Assembly (NCBI RefSeq): GCF_009914755.1
Contig: NC_060941.1
Reading direction: 5' to 3' (one strand)
Length of the DNA stretch: 64,000 nt
From: the human T2T-CHM13v2.0 reference genome, Homo sapiens
The notes beneath the pieces were generated by a model. That model had not been told where the DNA came from and did not search any database. It saw only the letters and a program-made list of their open reading frames with translations. Position numbers and translations under genes: made by a program. This document shows positions 23,154-41,487 of this stretch, piece after piece (the stretch's first letter is position 1; every line of letters starts with the position of its first letter).

Positions 23154-24224
23154 TCACACACGGATTTCATCCTCCTCCTCCTCATCCATGAAGGAGAACT
23201 CCTTGTCTGGCTGTCTTGAGACAGCAGCCCGGGCCCTGTCCGGCCCCCGGAAGGCAGGGCTGCGCTCCTCCAGGATGCCTGAGGTGCAGCTGGAGAGGGA
23301 GCTGCTGTCCCGTGTGGTGTGGCTGCCCATGCTGCGGGCTGAGCCGGGGCTGGGGGCCGCTGCTGCCCACCCCTCATCCTCCAGAGCATGGGAGGGGAGG
23401 GAGGGCAAGTCTGGGCCAGCCTTGCCTTCCTGCCTTGCCAGGGGAGGGGCCGCCACGGCGTACGGGGGAGCCTGGGTGATGGTGCCAGCGGCGCCCTCAT
23501 CGCCATGGTAACCACCCTCCCCCTCCTCGGGGTCCCACTCCTCCTTGTCCATGATGCTGAGGACGTCACCCAGCATGGAGGGCCCCAGGTCGATGTGGAA
23601 GGACATGATGGACTCCGCATGCTTCAGCCCGTACGTGGCCTTGGGCACGACAGGCAGATCTGTCAGATCCCCAAAGGCCTGCTCATCGAGGAGGGGGTCA
23701 GGGGAATGTGGACCCGCGGCCCCATTCCGACGGGGCACTGCCTCCTCCGTGCCCGCCTCCTCATCGCCGCCCTCCCCGTCATTGGCCTTCTTCACGGGGC
23801 TGGATGACAGGCTCTTGGGCAGCTTACTGGTGCCCTTCTCCGCGGCCTCCTTCTCATTGAGCTGGGGCAGGGACATGGCATTCTTGACAAACAGGGCCGA
23901 GTCCCGCAGGGAGCCCAGCATGTCACGCTGCTCCCGCTCCCCCCTGGTCACCGACTGTGACCGCTTGCTGCCCCGGAACTTCCTGGACAGGAGACTGCGT
24001 TTGGAAGATGAAGAAGAGGGCTGTTCGTCCAAGGACTCGCCGTCGGGCTCGCCAGCCTTGCTATTGAGGAAGGAGGTGTCCCCAAAGGCGTCTCCGGCCC
24101 GGCCAACGTGCATGGTGTGGCGGAAGTCGCCCAGCGGGGCGCTGATCATCTCGGCCGTGAGGTCCGCTCGGGAACGGCGCTTGGAGTGCACCGAGCTGGA
24201 CACCAGTTGCTTGAGGATTGGCAT
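23154..24224 (-). CDS. CDC42EP4: Cdc42 effector protein 4 (Borg4/CEP4), 356 aa, single coding exon
   Basis: Intact ORF MPILKQLVSS...EEEEDEIRV. It has a basic patch plus CRIB motif ISAPLGDFRHTMHVG (aa 27-41), the Borg-homology block LFVKNAMSLPQL, and the septin-binding BH3 block SIMSFHIDLGPSMLGDVLSIM. Start context GCAAGATGC. Matches my recollection of human CDC42EP4. Confidence 0.98.
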   Translation of the reverse strand: MPILKQLVSSSVHSKRRSRADLTAEMISAPLGDFRHTMHVGRAGDAFGDTSFLNSKAGEPDGESLDEQPSSSSSKRSLLSRKFRGSKRSQSVTRGEREQRDMLGSLRDSALFVKNAMSLPQLNEKEAAEKGTSKLPKSLSSSPVKKANDGEGGDEEAGTEEAVPRRNGAAGPHSPDPLLDEQAFGDLTDLPVVPKATYGLKHAESIMSFHIDLGPSMLGDVLSIMDKEEWDPEEGEGGYHGDEGAAGTITQAPPYAVAAPPLARQEGKAGPDLPSLPSHALEDEGWAAAAPSPGSARSMGSHTTRDSSSLSSCTSGILEERSPAFRGPDRARAAVSRQPDKEFSFMDEEEEDEIRV

Positions 24225-24278
24225 CTTGCTGGATGGGCGGGGAGGTGGGCCCTCCCGAGGTAGCCGGCAGGTCTGGGG

Positions 24279-24332
24279 TCAGATCTGAAGTCCAAGTCCA
24301 GTGGGCAGAGGGGGACGCAATGAGGAGATCAT
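24279..24332 (-). other. Upstream ORF, 17 codons (MISSLRPPLPTGLGLQI*), in frame with the CDS
   Basis: ATG at 24332, TGA at 24281-24279, then 18 sense codons to the main ATG at 24224. Read by hand; translation is unproven. Confidence 0.55.
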
Positions 24333-25980
24333 AAGGCTGCAAGCAGAGAATGAGAGGCAAAGGATTAACGCGGGCTGGCCACACGGCACAAAAGCCTCTT
24401 TGCCAGGGGACTGTCATTTAAACCCCAGCGCTCCTACCAAAGTTAAATGCTGTGAAATAAGCCAGCAATCCATGGTATAACCCTGCCTGTTTCTTCATCC
24501 GCAGGCATTCAGAGTAGAGGAGTGATTTTGCAAATCTGGTTAGAGTTCCAGTAGCCTCGGACACACTTTCCCTGAAACTTGAGAGAGACAGAACCTTTCT
24601 TGCAGAAGACAATGCCTCCCCTGCCCCTGCAAGCCAGGATGCTGCCAGAGTAAACATGACCACATTTAAGGACGCGAAGGTAAATCCAGCAATTCCAGGC
24701 AGCAAGCCAGGGAAGAGATGGAGTCTATGAGTTGGCTCCTATGAACAGTCAGCCTGGAGATGTGCTGTAAGTTCTTCCTGCTGTCTAACCTCGATCCCTG
24801 TGGAGTTAGTGGACACCCCACCCTGAGTCCTGGTCCTCAGAGAGAGAAGGGAAAGGACAGGACGGGCTCAGGGAGACAGAGGCTGACCAGCTCCTCCCCC
24901 TGCGTGGGCGGCACAGTCCTCTTTCTGAATCAGAACTGGGGTGGGGCTGCTGGGACCCACAGAACCAGCTCCCCAGCCTTTCAGCCTTCGCTTGGTATCC
25001 CATAAATGAGGATCCCGCCTGTGACGTCTCCACTGTGGAGCCCCAGGCTCTTTGCTGAGGGTCCACCTTCTGGTGTCTCGGGGAGATCAAGATTGGGCAA
25101 CTTCCAGTTTCTTTCATCATTAGGGGAGTGGGAGGCAGGGACTGGACCCTAAATGACTTCGTCCCCCCAGGATCTGCAGACTGATTCCTAGGTGATTCAC
25201 CAGAAATCCAAAAAACAGCAGAGGTAGAGCCCAGGAGCCTGGAGGCACCACTCTCACAGCTCCTGACAAGGGCCAAGTTGAAGTTCAGCATTGGGGCCAA
25301 ACCAGCCCCTCTCTTCCCTAGAGGGGCTTGCCCCAAATACTAAGCCCAGCAGAGCTGGGCAGGTTGGGGAGAGATGGGTGCAGGGATTTAACAAAGTATG
25401 GTGGGTGAGAGGTGATGCTTGGACACCAGGTACCTGCCTGCCTCCCAGTCCAGCCAGCAGCACAGTTCTGAGAGGCACCCCCAGTCCAGACCCACTCTTC
25501 CCACTGCAAAACTCAGATGCTGGGTGCTTCCTCCGCATGCCTGCCGCTGCGTCACACAAGCCCACCACACCCCACCTGGCCCCTGACATCAGCCTGACAG
25601 GTCTCCCTGTTGGTCTCCCTCCTGTCCATCCTTCACCTCTTGGCTAAAACAAAACCCATCCACATGACGCCCTACCCAGTGCAGACCCCTTGATCCAATG
25701 ACTAGTCCCCACCTCGCTCCTCAGTGTCCCCTACTTTTGTACCCTGATCTATCCCCTGAGCTGCAGTGGATACAAACAGTTCCCCAATGCAACCCCTGCC
25801 ACACCCAGCATCCTTCAGGGCTCAGCTGGGACACATCACTACTCCCAGGAAACCTTTAGCCACCACCTGCCCCCCACGGCACTTTGGGAGATGTCCCCTC
25901 TTCCAGCAGATACTGGCTACATTATTCTGTCCCTGCTGGCTGGACTCTCATCTTCCCACTGCAGTACAAACTTCTAGGGT

Positions 25981-26289
25981 TTTGAGGCAGATTCTCACCC
26001 TGTCCCCCAGGCCGGAGTGTAATGGCATGATCTTGGCTCACTGCAACTTCTGCCTCCCGGGTTCTAGCGATTCTCTTGCCTCAGTCTCCTGAGTAGCTGA
26101 GATTTACAGGTGCACACCACCACGTCCAGCTATTTTTTTTTTTTTTTTGTAATTTTAGTAGAGATAGAGATGGAGTTTCACCATGTTGGTCAGGCTGGTC
26201 TCGAACTCCTGACCTCAGGTGATCCACCCACCTCGGCCTCCCAGTGCTGGGATCAGGACGTGGGATCAGCGTGAGCCACCGCGCCTGGT
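25981..26289 (-). mobile_element. Alu
   Basis: Antisense dimer with small internal indels. Confidence 0.9.
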
Positions 26290-26819
26290 CCATCCAGAGG
26301 GTTTTAACGGGTCTGTTTACCACCGAGTCTGGTCCAGCAGGGTGTGACACATGGTCCGCCTCCAACCGCCTCCAAGCACCCACTGGAAGTCCAGCACCTC
26401 CCTCCTCTCCTCCCCTTCTGCCCACAGCCTGGCTCCAGGGCTCCCAGCCTGACCTCTCTGCATCCTCACCCCCATCCGCTTCCCTGTTCTCTCAAGCCTC
26501 TGCTGCCCAGCCTCATGGCTTCCCCCACCAGCAATGTCCCCCCTCCCAGTGCCCACGCCATACCGCTTATCATTCCAGCAAACACAAAGTTCTCTCGGGC
26601 AGGGAGGGGGAGCCAGGCACCTGGCAGACTTGCCACACAGTGATGTGGGCGAGGACGTGAGGGATGCCTTGAGATGATACTCTACTCTGGGTCATAGGTC
26701 AGCTCTCTCTCCTCCCTACCCTTAGGAAAGTGACCTTCCCCTAACTCTAACTTGGATTATCTCTGGGCCCCACCCTCCTGCCCCACCTCAACCTCTAAAC
26801 AATTAGACATTGAACCGCT

Positions 26820-27380
26820 AGACCAAAGGTCAGCAAACACTTTTTGCAAAGGGCCAGAGAGTAAATATTCTCGGCCTTGTGGCTGATAGGGTTTTTGTCA
26901 CAGCTACTCAACTGTCTTCTTAGTATAAAACTAGCCGTTGGCCGGGCACAGTGGGTCACAACTGTAATCCCAGCACTCTGGGAGGCTACGGCAGGAGGAT
27001 CAGTTGAGCCCAGGAGTTCCAGACCAGCCTGGGCAACACGGTGAGACCCCATCTCTACACAAAATCAAAAAAAGAAAGAAAGGAGCCATAGCAACATGTA
27101 AACAAGTAGGCATGGCTATGTTCCAATAACATTTTATTTACAGACAACTTCTGGGTTGGTGAGCAGATCGAGGTACCAGGAAGGTGGTGCGTGCCCTGCC
27201 CCCCACCCCAACACTTGACCCCACGCATCCTCATGCAGCTCTTCCGTTTGGCTGTTCCTAAGTCGTATCTTTTGTAATAAACCAGTAAAAGAAAAAAAAA
27301 CACCAAAAAGCCACATCTTTATTTACAAAAGCAAACGCAGGCTGGGTTTGGCCCATGGACTGTAGTTTGCTGACTCCTGA
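26820..27380 (+). mobile_element. MER58A-like MITE interrupted by an Alu monomer (26940-27080) and an LTR fragment
   Basis: ggtcagcaaac...aaagggccagagagtaaatatt...ctactcaact...ggctatgttccaataa...tttggcccatggactgtagtttgctgactcctg. Confidence 0.82.
27146..27310 (+). mobile_element. MER21-like LTR fragment ending in AATAAA plus an A-rich tail
   Basis: cttctgggttggtgagcagatcgaggt...ctcttccgtttggctgttcct...gtaataaaccagtaaaagaaaaaaaaa. Confidence 0.62.
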
Positions 27381-27439
27381 ATATCATATATGACCCTCTT
27401 GGCCAGCCATGGGCTCCTAGGCAAAACTCTGAAGAAAAC

Positions 27440-27716
27440 AGGAAGGGAGGAAGGGAGGGAGGGAGGAAGGGAGGGAGGAAGGGAGGGAGGGAGGAAGGGA
27501 GGGAGGAAGGGAGGGAGGGAGGAAGGGAGGGAGGAAGGGAGGGGAAGGAAAGGAAGGAAGGAAAGGAAATAAGGAAAGAAAAAAAGAAAGAGAGAAAGAA
27601 AAAGAAAGGAAAGAAGGAAAGGAAAGGAAGAGAAGAAAGGAAGAAAGGAAAAGAAAAGAAAGGAAGGAAAGAAAGAGAAAAAGAAGCAGCAGAAGAAAAG
27701 AAAAAGAAAAAGAGAA
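27440..27716. repeat. Polypurine tract (GGGA/GGAA)n then (GAAA)n-like
   Basis: About 277 nt almost exclusively G/A on the plus strand. Confidence 0.97.
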
Positions 27717-28204
27717 GGTAGACTCTGCCTCAGTCACGTTGGGCATAGAAGGGAAAAAGGCCAAGCTTCAAACGAACTCTCGTTCCTGGCAAATCCTTCA
27801 GGCTTCTACTGCCACCAGCAGGGACACCAGTCAGGAACGGAGGGGACCCCATCTTCCACCTGCCTGCACCCCGACTCCTGGCTCTACGCACAGCATCCAG
27901 GAATCTCAAAGAACTGGAGGGGATATTCAGTGCAGCACTTTCACTTTATGGATGAGGAAACAAGTTTATTGAAGGAAAGTGATTTATCCAGGTTTTTAGC
28001 CCAAAGCAACAGAGCTGGGCTAGAAACTGGGTCTTTGAGTCCAGAGCTCTCTCCGCTCCACTCCAGGCCCTTCTCCAGCTCTGGCGGCGGCATTGCTGGT
28101 CAGTGACCACCGACCACTGAGTGCTCCTCCCCACTGCTGGCCGGCAGGGTACAGAGAAGGGGGTACCCAACAGCTGCTTCAAGAAGGTTCTTGTGTAATC
28201 CTAG

Positions 28205-28413
28205 AGCAGGTTCCACACTGTTGCTATTTGGGCCAGATAATTTCTCATCGGGAGGTGGACCTGCCCTGTGCACTGTAGGATATTCAGCAGCATCCCTGGT
28301 CTCTACCCATTAGATGCCAGTAGCATCCACCCCCCAGTCACAACAAGCAAAACTGTCTCAAGATATTGCCCAATGTCCCCCAGGAGGCAAAACTGCCCCA
28401 GTTGAGAAACAGC
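28205..28413 (-). mobile_element. MER20
   Basis: tttgggccagataatt...gcagcatccctggtctctacccattagatgccagtagca...aatgtcccc...gttgagaaac. Confidence 0.82.
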
Positions 28414-30612
28414 AGCCTTGAGTGAGAACACACAGGTGAAGATAGAGCAGGTATGCTCACCAGGTAAACAACAAAGACAGAGAAGCAGGGAGGCGGGTGT
28501 GGATGGTCAGAACCGGGTGAGAACATGGCGGCACGAGCCCCCAGAGCTGCGTTAAGGGTTTCAACGCCAAGGCAGGAACCCCCAGACCCTGTGAGTGATG
28601 TCAGGTCCTGTGGTTTCCCGATCTTATACGCTCATTAGAGAGGAAAGAAAGGGAAACCACAGACCCGGCTCCCCAGGACTCACCAGAGAAGCTGCAGGTC
28701 ACTGTGGCTGCCCAAAGGGACCAAATATCCTGGCCATGATGGCTACAGGGGAGGACAGCTCCCCGCATCCCATTAGCCACACCCCCCAGCACATCCTTGC
28801 GGGTAGAACTATTGAGGTAGGTCAGAGGGGACAGCAGGGAAACTCAGCTGAAATCACGGCCATCCTGGGCTAGCCCTGGGGTCCCCAGGATCTTGTTCAA
28901 CCCCACACCCCAGAAAGACAGGGACAGGTCTACCCAGTGCTGCCTGCTGCCACGGTCTCGCTTCCTGGGGGGTTGGGAACGAGACTTTGTGGCTTGTAGA
29001 AAGCCATCTTCAATAACCAGCAAGGAAGGGTCCTGAGAGAGTTGGGGCCTAGAGGGAGTCACGCATCTGTCCCACTGCCCCAGCGAGGAGGGGGCTGCAG
29101 TACCTGGCAGTCCACACTGGGGATGAGGCCTGGGTGTCTGGAGCTCAGACTAGACAGGCCACCCAGCAGGATTGAGGGTCAGCAACAGCTTGGTTTCACC
29201 AGCCTTGAGTGACCTTGAGTCACTCTGAGCTTCTAACAGAGAACAGTTTGGAGGTGACGAGCTGGATCATAGAGTTTAAGAGAAAGTAGGTGGTGGGAGT
29301 CTCGCCAGAGGCCTGGGCAGGTCCTGGGGGCAGCTATGGTTTGGGAGGCCACAGGGCATTGTGGCTTTGGGCGGGGCTTTCAGAAGCATGGTGACTCAGC
29401 TCTGGGGAAGTGGCTAAAATAGGCTGCCCAACGTGGGGCAGGCACTCCCCATAGCCTGCCTTGGGCGGGACACCCCCACCCCACCCCAGAAACCACATCC
29501 CACTTTCTTGGCAGGGAGAGGGAAAATGGATCACAGCTCACAGCCCTCCCTAGCTCTCCTGAGCCTCCGGAGGAACAGATTCCTCTACCCTCAGCCCACT
29601 GACCACGGAACCTTCCTTTAAGGTGGGAACGAGGAGCCCTCCCCAGAAGGTCAGGCCCCTGCTTGGGTCGCAGCAACCACACCTTTAGTTCAGCCCTGTT
29701 CCTGAGACTACGGAAGACCACCCTTGCCTGGACCCCTCGCCTATCCTCCCTGGCCCTCCCAGCTTGGCCAGCCCAGCAGACCCAGAGCAGAAGGACAGAC
29801 GGGACCAACACTTCTCACTCCAAGTGACCGGGCAGTGGCCTGTCCCTGGCAGCTTGGCTTGAGGCAGGCGCCAGACCTGAGCTCTCATGGGGCAGCTAGG
29901 CAGGCCTCGCTCTCTGAAGCTGCCCTGCGGTTCACCCCGGTATACAGGGTACACAACATGCCTCAATGCCCACTGCCACTGCCTCCGCCACTGCTGCTGG
30001 GCAGCATGCCCTCTGCAGGGCCTTCCCCTAGCTGTTCTAACCAACCACCCGATGCCAGGTCCAGGCAATGTGGCCGAATAGCAGAGGGCTTTTAGTGCAC
30101 GATGACTTTAGTTGTGACCTGGATCGGCTACAAGAGGCTTTGTTCCATTACTCATCATCCAGTCACTCACTCCATGACTTCCTGCAGACCCACCGATATT
30201 CACAAACTCTTCTAGGCCCTGGAGATAGAGCAGTGAAAATAGCACGCTGTTTTCCCAGGGCACGTGTGTAGTGTGAGTGTGGGGGGTGGGGGTGGGGAAT
30301 GGAGGTGTAAACCTATAAATAAAATAAATGGTATCTCATATTCCTCAGTATAAGGAGGGAAAGGGGTGGTATGAGTGGGTGTGGGAGTCAGGGGGTCTGG
30401 GGGAGGCCCCTCTTGAGGAAGGAGCATCATGAGTTGAGAACCAAATGATGAGAAGGAACCAGCCGGGTCAGAAGCGACCCAGGCAGAGGGAACGGCGCGT
30501 GCAAACGCCGGGGTATAGGAACAGGCTTGTGGCATTTATGGAATAGAATAAAAATCCATGCAGCCAGGGCCCAGGTTACATAGAGCCCTCCCTACCAGGC
30601 CACATAAAGAGT

Positions 30613-33728
<3,116 letters not shown>

Positions 33729-33881
33729 TCAGTTTCCTCAAATAATGGCTTTAAAATGAATGTGATTTAAATGAATATGATTTACCTCCTAGAACTTAAC
33801 CCTGTGGAACTATTTCAAAGGCGAAAAAAGTCACACACGTATTTGTTGAAGCCTTATTCATAATAGCGAAAGACTGGAGAC

Positions 33882-35747
<1,866 letters not shown>

Positions 35748-36739
35748 TAAAACAAACAAACAAACAACAACAGCGAAAAAAAAAAAAAACCCAAAGTATC
35801 AAAGGCTTAAAGAAAAAGCATTCATTTCAAAACCAGCTTAAGACTATCTAGTTCTCTGGGTTCGGCAGCCACATCCCAGCATAAGATGCCAACTGAGGAC
35901 TGAGTGAGAACTGGTCTCCATCCGTACTCTGCCTCTCTTGCGTGAAAATCTCCCACTGATGTCTGTTCTCTCTCTTCCTCCCTCAAAATCACCCCCAAGC
36001 CAGACACGTTTATTAGGTCCTTGTTTTATTCTAAGTTGCCTGGGCGGAGGAAGTGGGCAAGCTTTATTAACCTGACATCAGGGGGCACAGGGAGATCGGG
36101 ACCCTCTCAAAAAACAGAACTCGCTCTCCAACAGCTGCTTCCTGATGCTTAAGCCTCCCCAGCTGAGCAGGAGATGAGCGATAAGGATCACTCCCACCCT
36201 ACCGGAGATCGGCCTATTTCCAGTGACACTGAAGCTCCAAGCTGGAGGCCAGCCTCCCACATAACAGTGGGATCCTCTCAGAGAGATCCTGTGCAGGTGA
36301 AGGTTTTACTTCTATAGCTCTAGCTTGGCTAGACTGTCACTACAAGGGAGCAGAGAAAACAAGAAGGGGTCACATGAGGGCAACCAGCACCCAGGTGCTC
36401 CAGCCACCACTGACCGCCAAGCTGTGTGCAGAATTAGATCATCCCTGGGGGTAGATCTCTAATGGGGAAGGCACTAAAGTGAGTCTTAGCTCAAGAGTCA
36501 GAGAAACAGGCTCCCTAATCCCCTCCTACCCCATCCCTCCAGTACACCTCCTCATTCAACAGTTCTCATTCACTGGGCTCCGCTGCGTGCCAAGCACTGT
36601 ACTGAGGACAACATACATTTATGCCCTTGAAACTCAAAGCAAACTCGCAAGGAGGCTGCCCTGATTGCCCCTATTTTAAAGAACGAGAAACGGAGACTCA
36701 GACAGAGTGAATTATTTTACTCACTCTCACATCTCACAG

Positions 36740-37226
36740 CTTTTTTTTTTTTTGAGACACGGCATTGCTGTCACCCAGGCTGGAGTGTAGTGGTGCTATC
36801 ATGGCTCACTGCAGCCTCAACTTCCCGGGCTGAAGTGATCCTCCCCGGCCTCAGTCTCCCAAGTAGCTGGGGCCACAGGTGGGCACCACCATGCCTGGTT
36901 TATTAAAAATAAATACATAGGCTGGGTGCAGTGGCTCACGCCTGTAATCCCAGCACTTTGGGAGGCTGAGGCGGGCAGATCACGAGGTCAGGAGATCGAG
37001 GCCATCCTGGCTAACACGGTGAAACCCTGTCTCTACTAAAAATATTTAAAAAAAAAAATTAGCCAGGCGTGGTGGTGGGCGCCTGTAGTCCCAGCTACTC
37101 GGGAGGTTGAGGCAGGAAAATGGCGTGAACCCGGGAGGCGGAGCTTGCAGTGAGCCGAGATCATGCACGCCACTGTACTCCAGCCTGGGTGACAGAGCGA
37201 GACTCCGTCCTAAAAAAAAAAAAAAA

Positions 37227-37258
<32 letters not shown>

Positions 37259-37388
37259 TTTTAGTAGAGATGGCGTCTCGCTTTGTTGCCCAGGCTGCTC
37301 TTGAACTCCTAGCTTCAAGCAATCTTCCTGCTTCAGCCTCCCAAAGTGTGGGATTACAAGCACGAACCGTTGCACCCCACACCCAGCC
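36740..37388. mobile_element. AluY-like (36920-37227 plus, with (CA)n 37228-37256) inserted in the linker of an older minus-strand Alu
   Basis: The right monomer (36740-36900) and left monomer (37257-37388) of the minus copy flank the plus copy. Confidence 0.9.
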
Positions 37389-38287
37389 TCTCACAACTTC
37401 TAAGTGGTTATTTGAGCCCATTTCTGGCAGACCTTGGAGCATGTGATTTTCCATATGAGGTGATGCTGCCTGACCTGTGCAGGTGTCTGCAGCTGAGGAT
37501 GTACATGTGGAGCAGGGTGGGGTAGGAAGGGTCTGGGAGCCGGTTAACCTAAGACTCTTGGAGCTAAGACTCACATTACTGCCTCCCCCATTAAAGCTCT
37601 ATCCCCAGGCATGGCTGCATTTGAAACCTCCTGAAAGGAGATTTCTCTTACCCAGGAGCCCATTCCCACTTCCTGCTCTCAGGAACCTCCCAATGTTCTG
37701 GTGTTCTGGGAGGTGAGGGATGGGAAGGATCACCCTGAAGCACAAGCCAGGACTCTGCCGGCATAGTCAGGAGTAGATCAGCACAAGGCCTCACTTCTAG
37801 TGTGTTCCTGTCTGCTCTGTCCAAACTCCATCTTGTGTTCCTTGGTTATTCCAGCTCCCAGGAAGAAAAACCAGAACCGTGACCCAACACCACTTGCCCC
37901 ACCCTCACTGCCCGCGTGCCAATCCATGCCAGGATCATTGATGCAAAGGTGCCACTGCACAGCCACCCTGGGGCAGATCCCATTTCCTGGAGATGAACAT
38001 CCTCTACTTTGATGGCCCCTTCCTGAAGAAAGGGCAAGGTCCCAGATTTCATGCCATGTCTTCCCCCCACCACCCCCAGCCTCCAAGCTACAAGACAGTG
38101 CCCATTCCCCAGGTATCCCTACCGGGTGTGGGTCAGGGAGGGAGGAGTCTACTGGGAAGGGGGGTGAATCAGGGAGAGCAGGGATCATAGAGTGACCTGG
38201 ACAAGGAGGAAAGCAATAGTGCACACCAGAACCTCCCAGCTACTTCCACTTTATGCCTTCTCTCTATGAGTTAATAATAATTGACCC

Positions 38288-39086
<799 letters not shown>

Positions 39087-39354
39087 TAATTTAGACATTT
39101 TCCCCCTTATTACACAAGCAGCATGTTCCCTTGTAGATGGATAAATAAAGCCAACCATTGTTCACAGCTGGGTCAAAATATTTACATGTTAACAATTTAT
39201 GCTACATTGTTTTAAATTAAATCTTAATATCTAATTTTTACATCCAATCAGGGATTGAATGGCTAGGTTGTTTCCATTTTCAGTTGAAACTCTGTAAGGT
39301 CCTTTCAGGCAATTATGTGCATAACCTTAACTATTTCCAGATGATACATTCTTG

Positions 39355-41487
<2,133 letters not shown>

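Larger units (their letters stand above)
21348..24336 (-). other. CDC42EP4: CDC42EP4 terminal exon (112-nt 5' UTR part, CDS, ~1.8-kb 3' UTR)
   Basis: Minus-strand acceptor cgttaatcctttgcctctcattctctgcttgcAG|CCTTATG (AG = 24338-24337), with a branch-point-like TTAAT about 29 nt upstream. The 3' end is inferred from the ATTAAA signal, so the cleavage position is approximate. Confidence 0.85.

Noticed and set aside
23545-24288. 247-aa plus-strand ORF and other ORFs overlapping the CDS (23081-23620, 23388-23807)
   Set aside because: Antisense or alternate-frame shadows of a GC-rich coding exon, with no recognisable domain.
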